From: Rebecca billardiae RCC1528
Taxonomy: Eukaryota; Protista; Haptophyta
NCBI GenBank assembly: GCA_965240325.2
Contig: OZ251222.1
Coordinates: 1,364,001-1,428,000, forward strand
DNA length: 64,000 bases
Reading direction: 5' to 3'
Below are positions 32,131 to 42,332 of this stretch, piece after piece. A program made the position numbers and the translations under genes. The first letter of the stretch is position 1; every line of letters begins with the position of its first letter. The notes under the pieces are model-generated. The model was not told the DNA's origin. It searched no databases and saw nothing but the letters and a program-made list of their open reading frames with translations.

Positions 32131-32682
32131 TATCAGCATAACTACCTACTGATTACTATAGCTAGGCATCCGCGAGGCGTGGATGACCGATGAGGGCTGC
32201 GATGTGGTGTCTTTGTGCAGTGTTGGATGGCGTTAATCACGCCTTAACCAAGTGTGCACGTTAAATCATAGTAAACTGTACCCCATACGGGCGTCAATCT
32301 CGCCTGCCTGAGCCAAGGGCCCTTGCCTGAGCTGTGTGCGTCTCATATTCTTATTAGCAAACTGTACGACCACCCTTGCCCATACTCCGGAGCCTGTCCT
32401 GGCCCCGTGGGCGAGTGGCGGAGTGGTTGCCTGGTCGGTGCCTCGGTGGGAAATCGGTTCGCCTCGCCAACGGCAACGGACAGCCGATATAAGGTTTCGC
32501 CAAAAAAAACTTTCGCTGCCCCAGAAAAGAATCAAGCGACGCGACGACCGGCATCGCCCGCCCTCCCGGTCGGGTGGTCGGGGTTCCCCTTGCGCTGGGA
32601 GCTGTCGCTCGAGGAGCGTGTTCGCCGCCTGCCTCTTGGCGGTGGCCCCCGCTGCATGCGCGCCGTCAGCCACAAGGTAGCG

Positions 32683-35136
32683 ATGGCACGTGTCGGCTTG
32701 TTGGTGCTGCTCGCCGGCGTGCCATCGCCAAGCAGCGCGCTGACGAATGGCAAGGCGCCTGCGATTGTGCACTGCCGTGCCACCGACGATGCCCAAGCAG
32801 ACGATCCTGCCGCAGCGTCCGTGCGCGCGGCACTCACAGACGTGGATCCAAGCACCGGGCTGCTACGCCGGTGGCCCGTGCGCGACGACGACCGCGCAGC
32901 AGTGGTGATCCTCGCCGAGAGCGACGTGAGCGTGCACGCCGTCGAGCTCGTCGAGCACTACGTCGAGGAGGGCTTCGACCGCGTCTTCTTCCTCGCCAAC
33001 GACGCGTTCGACGAGCAGGGCACGTGGCTGCGCGAGGCTCTGAGTGGCGTCGACCCGCGGATGTGGGAGGTCACGCCGCTGCACGAGGCGTGCAACCGCC
33101 CTGGCGGGGGAAGATTCTCGTTGCACGACGATCGCGATACGCCCACGCTCTCGACGAGCGGGGACGAGCTCGACTGGCATGACTGGCACGCCGCGCAGGA
33201 GCACGCCATTACGTGCGTCCTGCGCCGGCTGCAGGCTGAGGGCGGCTGGGGCTGGCTCGCACAGATGGACTCTGACGAGTATCTGCACTCGCGCGCGTGC
33301 CCTGGGCGCTCGGTGGTCTCCCTGCTGCGCAACGAGCTCAGCTACTGCGATGCCGTCTACGCGCCGTGGCTCTTCTACTCGTTCGGCGAGCAGCAGGCCG
33401 AGCCATGCGGCCGCGTGCGCGAGGCACTCGAGTGGCGCTGGCAAGCCTTCTCGAAGGGCGCCCCCGACCGGGAAGGAAAGAGGACGATTAGTGCAGTGAA
33501 ATTCGATGCGTCAGGAGACTACGCGAAGTACGTGACCCGCGTCAACTCGACACTGCGTCTGCAAGTGCACACTCCCATCTTCCGCAAGCGCCAGGATCTG
33601 GGACGTGAGGTGACGCGCTGCGCGGCATGCGTTCGTCTCCTTACGCCGAAGAACGCCGGACACTGGGCGCCCAGAACATTCCTCGATGGCGGGAAAATGA
33701 CCACTATCAAGACGAAAGAGCGCAAGTCGCTGCAGAGCAGGACGAGCGCCAACGGGAACGACTCGTTCGTGTTCGTCGTCTCCGGGCACGGTAAGAACAG
33801 GCTGCTCAACGTGGTAAAGTTCGAGGCGCAGGTGCCAGCGCTCACGCTCGCGGTAGCGCACTACCGCGTCACCAGCTGGGTGCGGTGGCGCGCAAAGCGC
33901 TCAAACGAGTTCCCGCTCGCCTCGCGCTACTTCATGCAAAACAGGGGCGTCGGCGCGAGCTTAAAGCGCGTGTCCAATGAGTCCCAAGATGTGGCACGCG
34001 CCAACCGGCTTGACGTTCGTGACAGCTTCATGCGCGAGCAGCGCGCAGCATTCGCAGCCAAACGCCGGCCTCCGATGGCCGTGCACAGTGCGGCTGGGCT
34101 TGCCACGCCGCTCGTCGTGAGCGCAGCTGAAGCGCAAGATGCAGTGGCGGGCATGCGCCTGCCCCCTGTGGGCTGTGCCGCTGCGTTCGGCGGGGCGCAG
34201 GTGACCCATGCCACGCGGCAGAACGCGCTCGGCCCCCCTGGCATGCTCTCATCGGTTGAGGCCAGAGGCTCGTTGCTCCGACTCGTCGTCGCGTGGACCG
34301 GTGCAGGCGGTGACGGCACGGCGGCAGCCGTCGCAAGCGTGCTGTGCGCGCGCGGCGTGAAGACGATCGGCGTGGGCGTGCGCTGCCACGTGAGCAACAG
34401 CACACACGCGGTTCATGACGCGCTGCTGCGCTCGTGGGCCAATCTCGTGCGCGCCGCCACCACCAAGCAAAGACGGAGCGAAGTGCAGCGCATTGCCTCC
34501 CACGTTGTGATGGGGTTGGTGGCCCTCACGCGCTCGGGCGTGCACGCTCTCGTGGGCGCGCCGTACGGCCAGCTGCTGCTCGAGCTCGTGTGGTTCGCCC
34601 CGCGCGCTGTGCTCGTGCACGTTGCGCAGCAGCCTGAGCGTTGGGCGGCGCAGCAGCCGCCACCGCCGCCTGCTGGCGCCAACATCACGGCGACATCGGC
34701 AGCAGCGATCGTCGTCACAGCTGAGCACTGCCCTGAGGCTGCGCGCGCACGCCTGGCCCCGCTCTCTCCGCTTGCGTGCTTGACGGAGTCGGAAATCACG
34801 GAGAAAACGTTCACCACTCTGCAACAGCGCACAGCCGGTGACGTGGCCGCCGCTGCGCGCGAGTACGCCGCGCACAACGCGGCAATACGCGCTGCGCTGC
34901 TCGCTGGGCGTCCGCCGCGGCCTAACGAGCTCAGCAGCGGCAGCTACGTGGCGGCGTGCGCGGCGGACAACAGCGAATCCAGAGGCACTGCGCCCAGGCC
35001 GACTGCGACAGCAAGCTTGGATGGCAAGGAGACTGAGCAGGCGAACGATCCGCCGCGGTTGGGCTGGGCTGGGACGCTGGACGCGATCGCAAGCGCTGTG
35101 GCCGCCCCCAGCTTCATGTGTGATCGCGCGCGATAG
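32683..35136 (+). CDS. GT-A glycosyltransferase with a sulfotransferase-like domain, copy 2
   Basis: Intact paralogue of 21808-24246 with the reading frame preserved. Confidence 0.7.
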   Translation: MARVGLLVLLAGVPSPSSALTNGKAPAIVHCRATDDAQADDPAAASVRAALTDVDPSTGLLRRWPVRDDDRAAVVILAESDVSVHAVELVEHYVEEGFDRVFFLANDAFDEQGTWLREALSGVDPRMWEVTPLHEACNRPGGGRFSLHDDRDTPTLSTSGDELDWHDWHAAQEHAITCVLRRLQAEGGWGWLAQMDSDEYLHSRACPGRSVVSLLRNELSYCDAVYAPWLFYSFGEQQAEPCGRVREALEWRWQAFSKGAPDREGKRTISAVKFDASGDYAKYVTRVNSTLRLQVHTPIFRKRQDLGREVTRCAACVRLLTPKNAGHWAPRTFLDGGKMTTIKTKERKSLQSRTSANGNDSFVFVVSGHGKNRLLNVVKFEAQVPALTLAVAHYRVTSWVRWRAKRSNEFPLASRYFMQNRGVGASLKRVSNESQDVARANRLDVRDSFMREQRAAFAAKRRPPMAVHSAAGLATPLVVSAAEAQDAVAGMRLPPVGCAAAFGGAQVTHATRQNALGPPGMLSSVEARGSLLRLVVAWTGAGGDGTAAAVASVLCARGVKTIGVGVRCHVSNSTHAVHDALLRSWANLVRAATTKQRRSEVQRIASHVVMGLVALTRSGVHALVGAPYGQLLLELVWFAPRAVLVHVAQQPERWAAQQPPPPPAGANITATSAAAIVVTAEHCPEAARARLAPLSPLACLTESEITEKTFTTLQQRTAGDVAAAAREYAAHNAAIRAALLAGRPPRPNELSSGSYVAACAADNSESRGTAPRPTATASLDGKETEQANDPPRLGWAGTLDAIASAVAAPSFMCDRAR

Positions 35137-35304
35137 ACGAGCTCATCGATCGATAAGCAGCTTGCGCTCGTCCGCCACTGAGCTCTACTGCGGCGAGTTC
35201 TTTGCTCAGACGAGTGTGGACAGTGCGGGCTACTCACTGATCCCAGTGAAGTAGAGTACAGACAGCAATAGGGTGCGGCAGCTGAGATCGACTGCTGATA
35301 TTAT

Positions 35305-35555
35305 AGCCCGCGGTGCCTCAGGGCAGGGAATATCGTGGGCGCGCCCATTTGGCATTTCTAGCTCGCCGAATGATCACGTTTCAATGAGGTCATCTTAAAA
35401 AATCGAAACTCGCGGTCTCCACCTCCCTGAAAATCGCCCCGGCCCTGTCCCGGCCTCAGTTTTTCCTTGATCAAAGACAAAGACGATCTTTTTGAAACGT
35501 GGTTAGTGCCCGCGGGCGGGCTCCACGCTGCGCGCTCCGCCCTGCACAGCGGGCC
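35305..35555. mobile_element. 251-bp MITE related to the family A right end
   Basis: AT|AGCCCGCGGTGC...GCACAGCGGGCC|AT; the last ~170 bp resemble 1650-1830. Confidence 0.75.
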
Positions 35556-36022
35556 ATAAATATATTCGCATCGCATCCCGGGGCCTACAATATCGCTCGG
35601 CCTTTTTTTAAAATATATAATTACTTAATGATTATAAATTATACGTAAATCAATAAATAAATATAAATGGAATCAAATAAGCAGAATATATAGGCTTGAT
35701 GATGATCTGATGAGTGATGTCTGATGATGACTGATGTCTGATGATGACTACATCGTCGTCGTCTAGCAGTCTACATGCATCACGGTGATATGCACTCATC
35801 CAGTGCTCTGACACTCTTGACTCTTGTCTCTTCGTTAAATCGTTTCGGAATTCGGTAACTCGTAACTGCGTCTGCGATAGTGATGCGGTGATGCCATCTC
35901 GTCCGCCTGCGCGCGCCTAACTATAAGAAGCTGATCACAGTAATAAATAAGAAATCGATTTTCGGCGTTAATACGGTAACGATAATCCCGTTTTTGTTCA
36001 CTGTGATGAAACGACCCGGCTC

Positions 36023-39000
36023 TCACCGCTGCTGGCCCTGGCTCTGGCCTCTGGTGGCACCGCGAGCCGATGTCACAGCTGATGATGTCGTCACAGCAGC
36101 GCGACGACGCTGATAATGAGCGCCGCCACCCGACGCGTGCGGCGGGCCGCTGACCACCGAGGCCAGGGCATTTCCACCTTTGAGGGCAGCCGCTGCCGCA
36201 GCAGTGTGGCCCTTCGCCGCGGAGCGTCGGGGCTGGCTCGGTACGCCACTCGGGGCGTTCCGCGCGCCCACGTCCACGAGATTCACACGAGGCGCGAGGT
36301 ACGGCTGCGGCGCTGCCTGCATCGGCGAGCGCGTGGGGGAGGCGTCGTCTGCCTCTGAGTCCGAGGCGCCGTCGACAAGGCTGCCGGGACGTGCCCTCTC
36401 CTCCTGATCGAAGCTGTGCGCGAACGGCGCGAACAGCTGCGGCGGCGGCGGGCCGTGCGCGAGCGCGCGCAGCCGTTCGCCGAGCGCCTGAGCGGCGGCG
36501 TCGGCCTCAGGCGCAACGTGCTCGCCGGCCCGGCCCACACCCTCGCTCGGCGGGACGTGCACAGATGCCTCGCCCTCGCTAGGGTCGCTGTCGACGTGGG
36601 CGACGCTGCTGCTGCTGCACCGAGCACGCGCTGCGGGCGGCGAGGCGCGCGCGCCACTCCCCGTGCACGCCGCGCCGTGCGCTGCCTCTGCCGTGTTCCC
36701 GTCCTCACGCCACCCGCGCGCCACTGGCGCGGCGTCGTCCGTGGCGCTAGCGCGAGGGTTGTCGAGCGCGGCAGCGCTCACGGTGAAGCGTGGTGGGCGC
36801 GAGCTCACGGCTTCGCCGCCAGTGTCCGCGCCAGCTGCGGAGGACGCCGGCTGGGCTGCCTCGACCCTCCGCGCCGCCTCGCGCATGGCTGCTGCAACCA
36901 ACTTGTCCGGCCGTGCGCGCGCCTCCGCCTCCGGCACGTGCGCGGCACGACACGAGGAGCTGCTGTCGGCGGTGGCCCCGTCGTCTTCGCCCTCGCCTTC
37001 CTCCTCCTGCTCGCCTGCGACCGCAGAGTCGTACGCCAGCTGCGCACTCATGGACGTGAGCAGCGTGCTCAGCCCGGCCTCGCGCCGGCGCCGCGCCTCC
37101 TCGCGCTCAGCGAGCGCTTGGCCACGGCGCTCCGCGAGCGCGCGCGCGCGCTCGAGCGCGGCCTGCGTGCTGGCTGCCTCTGCGCGCGACCGAGCGCTGG
37201 CGGCCTCCGCCGCGGACGCGCGCTCGAGCGCGCCCGCGCCCGAGTCGACGGCCGCGCGCAGCTCGAGGTCACCGTCGCGGAGTGCCGCAGCGAGCGCGGC
37301 GGCGTCTGCGCCGAGCGTGCGCGCGGTGCGCCGCGCCGCGTCGCGCTCCGCAGCGCGTGCGTTCGCACGCGCGCTCTCCTGCTTGGCGCGGGCAGCCGCG
37401 CCCTCCGCCGCCTCGCGCAGCCGCGAGGCATCGGCGCGTGCGCGAGCATCCACCTCGTGCGCGCCGCGTCGCGCGTCGGCTGCGGCGCGCGTCGCGCGCT
37501 GCGCCGCGTCGACCGCAGCGTCGCGCTCGGCGCGCAGCCGGCCAACTGTCGACTCGAGCTGCGCGGCGTGCCCCGCCTCCGCCTTGGCCTCCGCAGCCGC
37601 GGCGCGCGCCTCGCGGTCGGCCTTCTCGCGTGCACGCTCTGCGTCGGCGCGCGCGGCGCGCGCCTTGTCGGTAGCCGCGCGAGCTGCGGCGAGCTCCGCC
37701 GCCAGGGCTTTCGCCCCGGCCTCCGCCTCGCTCGCCCTCTCCAGCTCGCGCGCGCGCGCGGCATGCGCGTCGGCGAGCGCGGCGCTCGCCGCCTCCGCCG
37801 CCGCCACTGCCTCGTCCGCCTCGGCGCGGGCGCGCGCGCCAAGCTGCCGCGCGTCGGCGAGCTGGGCCGCCATGCGCTCCACGTCCGCCGCACGCCGCCG
37901 CGCCGCGCCCTCGGCCGTCTCCGCGCGCGCGACGAGCTGCGAAATCTGTGCGGAGTAGGCGCTGCGCACCTCAGCGAGCGTCGCCGCGGCGGCCGCGCTC
38001 GCGGCCGCGGCCGGTGACCCGACGCTCCGAGGGCCGTCGGTGGCGGCTTCGGCGGCGGCGGCGCTGCTGCCGCGCGGCTCGGCGTGAGCCTTGCGCGCGG
38101 CGGCGGCCGGTGGCCTGCTGCTCGCGCTGGGGGGCTTGGGCGCCGCGCCTCTGCCGCCCTTGCTGCCCGCGCCCCCCCTCGGCGTGTTGGCCGCCGCGCG
38201 CGCGGCCGCGGCGGGGCGCGCGGCCGCGGCGCCGGGCGCAGCTGGTGACTTGGCCGAGGCTGCGGCCGAGCTGCCGCCGGCGTCGACGCGGGCCGCGCGG
38301 CCGGCAGCGCGCACGGCCGGCGCGGGCGCAGTGTCGTCCCCACCGCCCGGCGCGCACACGCTCGTCTCGAGCGCCGCCTGATGCCTCGCGAGCGCGTGCG
38401 CGCGCACGGCTGCGGCGAGTGCGGCCAGCTGAGCTGAGCTCTCGGCACGCACCGCAGTCCGGTACGCTCTCGCGCCACCGAGCAGGCTGAGCGCCCACAG
38501 CAGCGCCTGCGCGACCGCGTCTGCCGAGCGCGCGGAGTGCAGAAGCGGGGGGAGTAGCCGCAGCGCCGCGTGTACCTCCGCCGAGAGCGCCGCCGGGCCG
38601 ATGGCGGAGGCGGGCGCGCAGCCGCGCTCTGCCGCCGCCGCCGCGCCGCTCGCACTCGTGGTCAGTCGAGCCGCGGGGCTGCGCTCATGGGGCTCGGCTG
38701 GTGCGGCGTGCGCGCCGGTGGCGCCGCGCGAGTCCGGCTGCCCCGGCTGATCCACGCGGCGCGCGTCGTCGTGCGCCGCGAGGCAGAGGCACAGCGCGAC
38801 GACGTGCGTCACCGCGTCGCCGCCGTCAGCAAGGGCGGTCGCGCACAGCGCGTGCGCACGCAGCGCATCGGCGCGCGCCTCCGGCTTGACACGTGCGCCG
38901 ACGAGGGCGCGCCCGCCCTCCGAGAGCGCGAGGGCACGCAGCGTGGCGGCGCACGACTCTGCATACTCCGTGCCCAGCGCCATGCTGCCGTGCCCACACG

Positions 39001-40792
39001 CGTCGGGCTGTGCACGCGGCTGCGGTGCGCGCGCGCCCGCCGCGGGCGCGAGGCACTTGTTCATCAGCGGTGGGCCCGCCGCCTTTGGGCCGCCCAGCGC
39101 CACGGCGGCGCCGGCGGCGGCCGGCTCCGCCGCGAGGTCAGGCGCAGCCTTGTCGGCGTAAACCGCGCCGCCCGCGCCCGCCTCCGCCGCCCGCGTCGAC
39201 GCGAGCCCCGCGCCGCGCGCGAGCGCATCCACCAGCGCCGCCGCGCCGCGCGCGCGCGAGAGCGCCTCGGCCAGCGCGTGGGCCGAGCGCGGCGGCGAGC
39301 GGGCGAGGCACGCGTGCAGGAGCAGCAGCAGCGAGCTGGGCACGGGCGTGTGTCGCGCGGGCGCGGCGGGCGCGTGCGGCGCGGCGTGGGCGTCATGCAC
39401 GCCCATCGCCGCGCACAGGAAGCCGTCGACGCGCGGCGTCTCGCCGTCTCGCGCGCAGAGCTCCGAGAGCAGCGAAGCGCGCGACACCTCGACCGCAGAG
39501 GCGCATGCGGCGAGCGCGGCCAGCAGGGGCGCGCACGCCTCGGGCGCGGCGTGCGCGGCGGCGACGGCGGACGCGCAGCGCGAGATGAGCGACGTGGCGT
39601 GCAGGTGCGAGCCGAGCGCGCTGCGCGCGTGCTCGCTCGTGCGCAGCAGGTGCGCGAGCAACCGGGCCGCCACCCAGCCCCCATCCTCCGCCGCGCACAC
39701 CACATCCTCGTCTGCAGCGTCCACGCCGGCGCGCACCGCAAAGCGCGCGGCGCCCGCGCGGTCGTCGTGCGAGCCTTCGCGCGCGACGTCGAGCTCGGCG
39801 CGTGCGACGACGCAGCCGAGCAGCGCGAGCACGATGGCTGCCGTGTTCGTCTCGCCGAACACCTGCTGCCCCACCGCGTCGTGCAGCGCCAGCGCGGCCG
39901 TGCACGACAGGCCGCCGACAAACGCGCCGCGCGCCGCGGGCAGTGCGCGAGGCTCGCCCTCGCCGTCGGCCTCCGCGTCGGCGGGCGCGGGCGCGTCGGC
40001 GTCGAGGCCGCGCAGCAGCGCGGCGAGGAGCGCGCGCCCGTCCGCGTGCGCGCGCGCCTCCTCGATCAGCGCGAGATTGGCGTGCAGGCAGTCGGCGAGC
40101 AGGAGCAGAGCAACGGCGCGCTCGCGGCCGTGCGAGTCGTCTCGCAGCCCGGCCTCGTCATCGTCGCCGTCGTGGTCGTCGGCATCGGCGACGGTGTGGT
40201 CGACGATCAGCGCAACGAGCTCGTCTAGAAGAGCGCGCACAGCGTCCGTCGGCCGGCCGATGCCGCCTGCGCGCGCGCACAGCCGTCGGAGCGCCGCGAG
40301 CGTCAGAAGACGGATCCGTGCGGGCGTGTCCGCGGTGCGCAGCACGGCGACGAGCCGCATGGCGAGGGCGCGCCACTCGTCCGGGTCGAAGCGCGACGCG
40401 ACGCTCAGCCCACTGAGCGTATGCAGCAAGCGCAGCGCCGCCGCCTGCGCGGGGACGCCCTCCGTTTGGCTGACGATCGCGCGTGTGACGAGCTCGATCA
40501 GCTGCGTGCGCTCCGCCCAGTTGACGGCCCGCAGCGCCGCCGCCAGCTCTGCCCCGCGCGCAGCGGGTGGGAGCCGGCGAAGTGTGGCCTCAAGGCGCTG
40601 AACCTTGGTGCCGCGCGGTGTCGCGTCCCTCTGCAGCAGCTCGGCGATCGAGATCGTCGCCGTCGTCGCGGCACCCGAGGAGCTGGCCTCTTTGAACGAG
40701 GCCATCCTGCTGCCGGGCCGATGACCGTTTGGCGAGCCCGCGAGCGAGCGAACAAGTCCGGATATTGCAGAGTGTTTAGTGTTTACCCCCAT
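36023..40792 (-). CDS. CIP2A-like armadillo-repeat and coiled-coil protein (start may be 40705)
   Basis: LLADCLHANLAL, LSCTAALALHDAVGQQVFGETN and LLAHLL resemble CIP2A N-terminal motifs as I recall them; long C-terminal coiled coil. Confidence 0.6.
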   Translation of the reverse strand: MGVNTKHSAISGLVRSLAGSPNGHRPGSRMASFKEASSSGAATTATISIAELLQRDATPRGTKVQRLEATLRRLPPAARGAELAAALRAVNWAERTQLIELVTRAIVSQTEGVPAQAAALRLLHTLSGLSVASRFDPDEWRALAMRLVAVLRTADTPARIRLLTLAALRRLCARAGGIGRPTDAVRALLDELVALIVDHTVADADDHDGDDDEAGLRDDSHGRERAVALLLLADCLHANLALIEEARAHADGRALLAALLRGLDADAPAPADAEADGEGEPRALPAARGAFVGGLSCTAALALHDAVGQQVFGETNTAAIVLALLGCVVARAELDVAREGSHDDRAGAARFAVRAGVDAADEDVVCAAEDGGWVAARLLAHLLRTSEHARSALGSHLHATSLISRCASAVAAAHAAPEACAPLLAALAACASAVEVSRASLLSELCARDGETPRVDGFLCAAMGVHDAHAAPHAPAAPARHTPVPSSLLLLLHACLARSPPRSAHALAEALSRARGAAALVDALARGAGLASTRAAEAGAGGAVYADKAAPDLAAEPAAAGAAVALGGPKAAGPPLMNKCLAPAAGARAPQPRAQPDACGHGSMALGTEYAESCAATLRALALSEGGRALVGARVKPEARADALRAHALCATALADGGDAVTHVVALCLCLAAHDDARRVDQPGQPDSRGATGAHAAPAEPHERSPAARLTTSASGAAAAAERGCAPASAIGPAALSAEVHAALRLLPPLLHSARSADAVAQALLWALSLLGGARAYRTAVRAESSAQLAALAAAVRAHALARHQAALETSVCAPGGGDDTAPAPAVRAAGRAARVDAGGSSAAASAKSPAAPGAAAARPAAAARAAANTPRGGAGSKGGRGAAPKPPSASSRPPAAAARKAHAEPRGSSAAAAEAATDGPRSVGSPAAAASAAAAATLAEVRSAYSAQISQLVARAETAEGAARRRAADVERMAAQLADARQLGARARAEADEAVAAAEAASAALADAHAARARELERASEAEAGAKALAAELAAARAATDKARAARADAERAREKADREARAAAAEAKAEAGHAAQLESTVGRLRAERDAAVDAAQRATRAAADARRGAHEVDARARADASRLREAAEGAAARAKQESARANARAAERDAARRTARTLGADAAALAAALRDGDLELRAAVDSGAGALERASAAEAASARSRAEAASTQAALERARALAERRGQALAEREEARRRREAGLSTLLTSMSAQLAYDSAVAGEQEEEGEGEDDGATADSSSSCRAAHVPEAEARARPDKLVAAAMREAARRVEAAQPASSAAGADTGGEAVSSRPPRFTVSAAALDNPRASATDDAAPVARGWREDGNTAEAAHGAACTGSGARASPPAARARCSSSSVAHVDSDPSEGEASVHVPPSEGVGRAGEHVAPEADAAAQALGERLRALAHGPPPPQLFAPFAHSFDQEERARPGSLVDGASDSEADDASPTRSPMQAAPQPYLAPRVNLVDVGARNAPSGVPSQPRRSAAKGHTAAAAAALKGGNALASVVSGPPHASGGGAHYQRRRAAVTTSSAVTSARGATRGQSQGQQR

Positions 40793-40825
40793 ACTGGAGG
40801 GTTTACCTGCCTACAATACGTGACA

Positions 40826-42130
40826 ATGGCTGCCGCCGTCACCAGGTGTCGTCCCTCGCGCACCAAGCCCACCCGGCGTCTCATGCCACGACGGTCGGCG
40901 CCTGCGCCCGTGTGGAGGGCTAGCACGAACGTTGGGCACGGTGGACGGCAGCCCTCGTTAGCTTCGCGTGCACTCGCCACCGTGGTCGCGGCTGTGTTGC
41001 TGTCGCGCCCGCCGCCAGCCGCTGGCTGCGCGGGCGACACTGGCCGTCTGACGCACAGTCCGGCGTCGCCGCCGTTGTCGCAGCCGCCCATCTCGCCGAG
41101 CGGTAGCGACCCTGTCTTCATCGGCGCATCGGGCGTGCCGTACGAGGTGCGCGCCGAGCCGAACGTCACGTACAACCTCGTGAGCGCGCCGGCGCTCTAC
41201 GTGAACGGCCGCTTCCTGCAGGTGCCACCTCGCTTCCGCGGGCACGAGCTGACGCACACGGTGCTGGGCGACGTGGCGATCGCGCTGTGCGCGTGCCCGC
41301 GCTCGGCCGACGCGGGCGCGCGCGGCGGCGGCAAGCGCGGCGCGGCGCGCGGCACGCGCTCGCCGTGCGAGCGCCGCGTGCGCTTCCCGTGGGGGGCGCT
41401 CGAGCAGCCGACGCTCGACGGCCGACCTCTGCGCGTGGGCGTGACGCCGCTGCCCGGCGGCCGCGCGGTGGTGAACTACACGCGGCACGTGTGCGACCCG
41501 GTCGAGGGCAGCTGCTACTGGCAGAGCCTCGAGCCCGACGAGTTCGACGTGCACACGGCGGACGCGGACGAGCCCGCGCCGCACCGCACGGACGAGCCCA
41601 CGCTCTTCCGCACGCTCGTGCTCGAGCTGCCATCGCTCTCTCTTGTGCTCGAGCGGCAGCACGTGCTCGCGTCCGTGCCGGCGCACCTGCGCGCGCGCGT
41701 CGAGGTGTGCGCCAAGGGGGCGCGCGCCGGCGTGACCGAGTGCAAGCACGCGATGGCGGCCGTGCTCCTGCACGGCGCCGCCGCCGCGCACTCGGAGGTC
41801 TTCGGGTACAACGACCTGAGCATGCGCTTCAAGCCGCTGCCCGCCGGCGGTGCGTACGAGCCCATGCACGGGCTGCTCGGGCAGCACGCGCTGCTGGGCG
41901 CCGGGCGCGACGTGCTCGAGCAGCCGAGGCGCACGGCGCGCGTGCAGAACGAGCCGGTGCGCGGCAGACTCGGCCGCGCGCTCGGCGCGGGCGCGGAGAG
42001 CGCGCCCGTTGAGGGCGATCTCGCGATGTACGTCGTCGGGCGTGGGGTCCTCTTCGGCGGCGAGCGGTACGCGTACAGCCTCTTTGACCCGAGCTGCAGC
42101 GCAGAGCGAGCCTTGGTGTCGTCCCGATGA
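40826..42130 (+). CDS. Secreted VWD/root-cap-like domain protein
   Basis: Hydrophobic segment, Pro-rich linker, SDPVFIGASG..YNLVSAPALYVNGRF, late HGLLGQ motif. Confidence 0.6.
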   Translation: MAAAVTRCRPSRTKPTRRLMPRRSAPAPVWRASTNVGHGGRQPSLASRALATVVAAVLLSRPPPAAGCAGDTGRLTHSPASPPLSQPPISPSGSDPVFIGASGVPYEVRAEPNVTYNLVSAPALYVNGRFLQVPPRFRGHELTHTVLGDVAIALCACPRSADAGARGGGKRGAARGTRSPCERRVRFPWGALEQPTLDGRPLRVGVTPLPGGRAVVNYTRHVCDPVEGSCYWQSLEPDEFDVHTADADEPAPHRTDEPTLFRTLVLELPSLSLVLERQHVLASVPAHLRARVEVCAKGARAGVTECKHAMAAVLLHGAAAAHSEVFGYNDLSMRFKPLPAGGAYEPMHGLLGQHALLGAGRDVLEQPRRTARVQNEPVRGRLGRALGAGAESAPVEGDLAMYVVGRGVLFGGERYAYSLFDPSCSAERALVSSR

Positions 42131-42332
42131 TGGCCACTGCTGACTAACAGTACTATAGTTAGAATGTCATCATCGCGCATCAGGTCCCAGTGACTTGTTC
42201 ACCCCGGCCGCCCGGGCGCCGCCCCTGGTCGCCGAGGGGGTGGCAGTGGCGGACCGCGAGCAGGACTGCTGCGGCCGGATTAATAAGGCGAGGAATCGTC
42301 AAGGCCGGAGTCATCAGCTCGTGCCGATCGGG

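Larger units (their letters stand above)
31974..35304 (+). repeat. Segmental duplicate of 20338-24429
   Basis: High identity across the upstream region, CDS and 3' flank; differs by transposon insertions and small indels. Confidence 0.95.
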
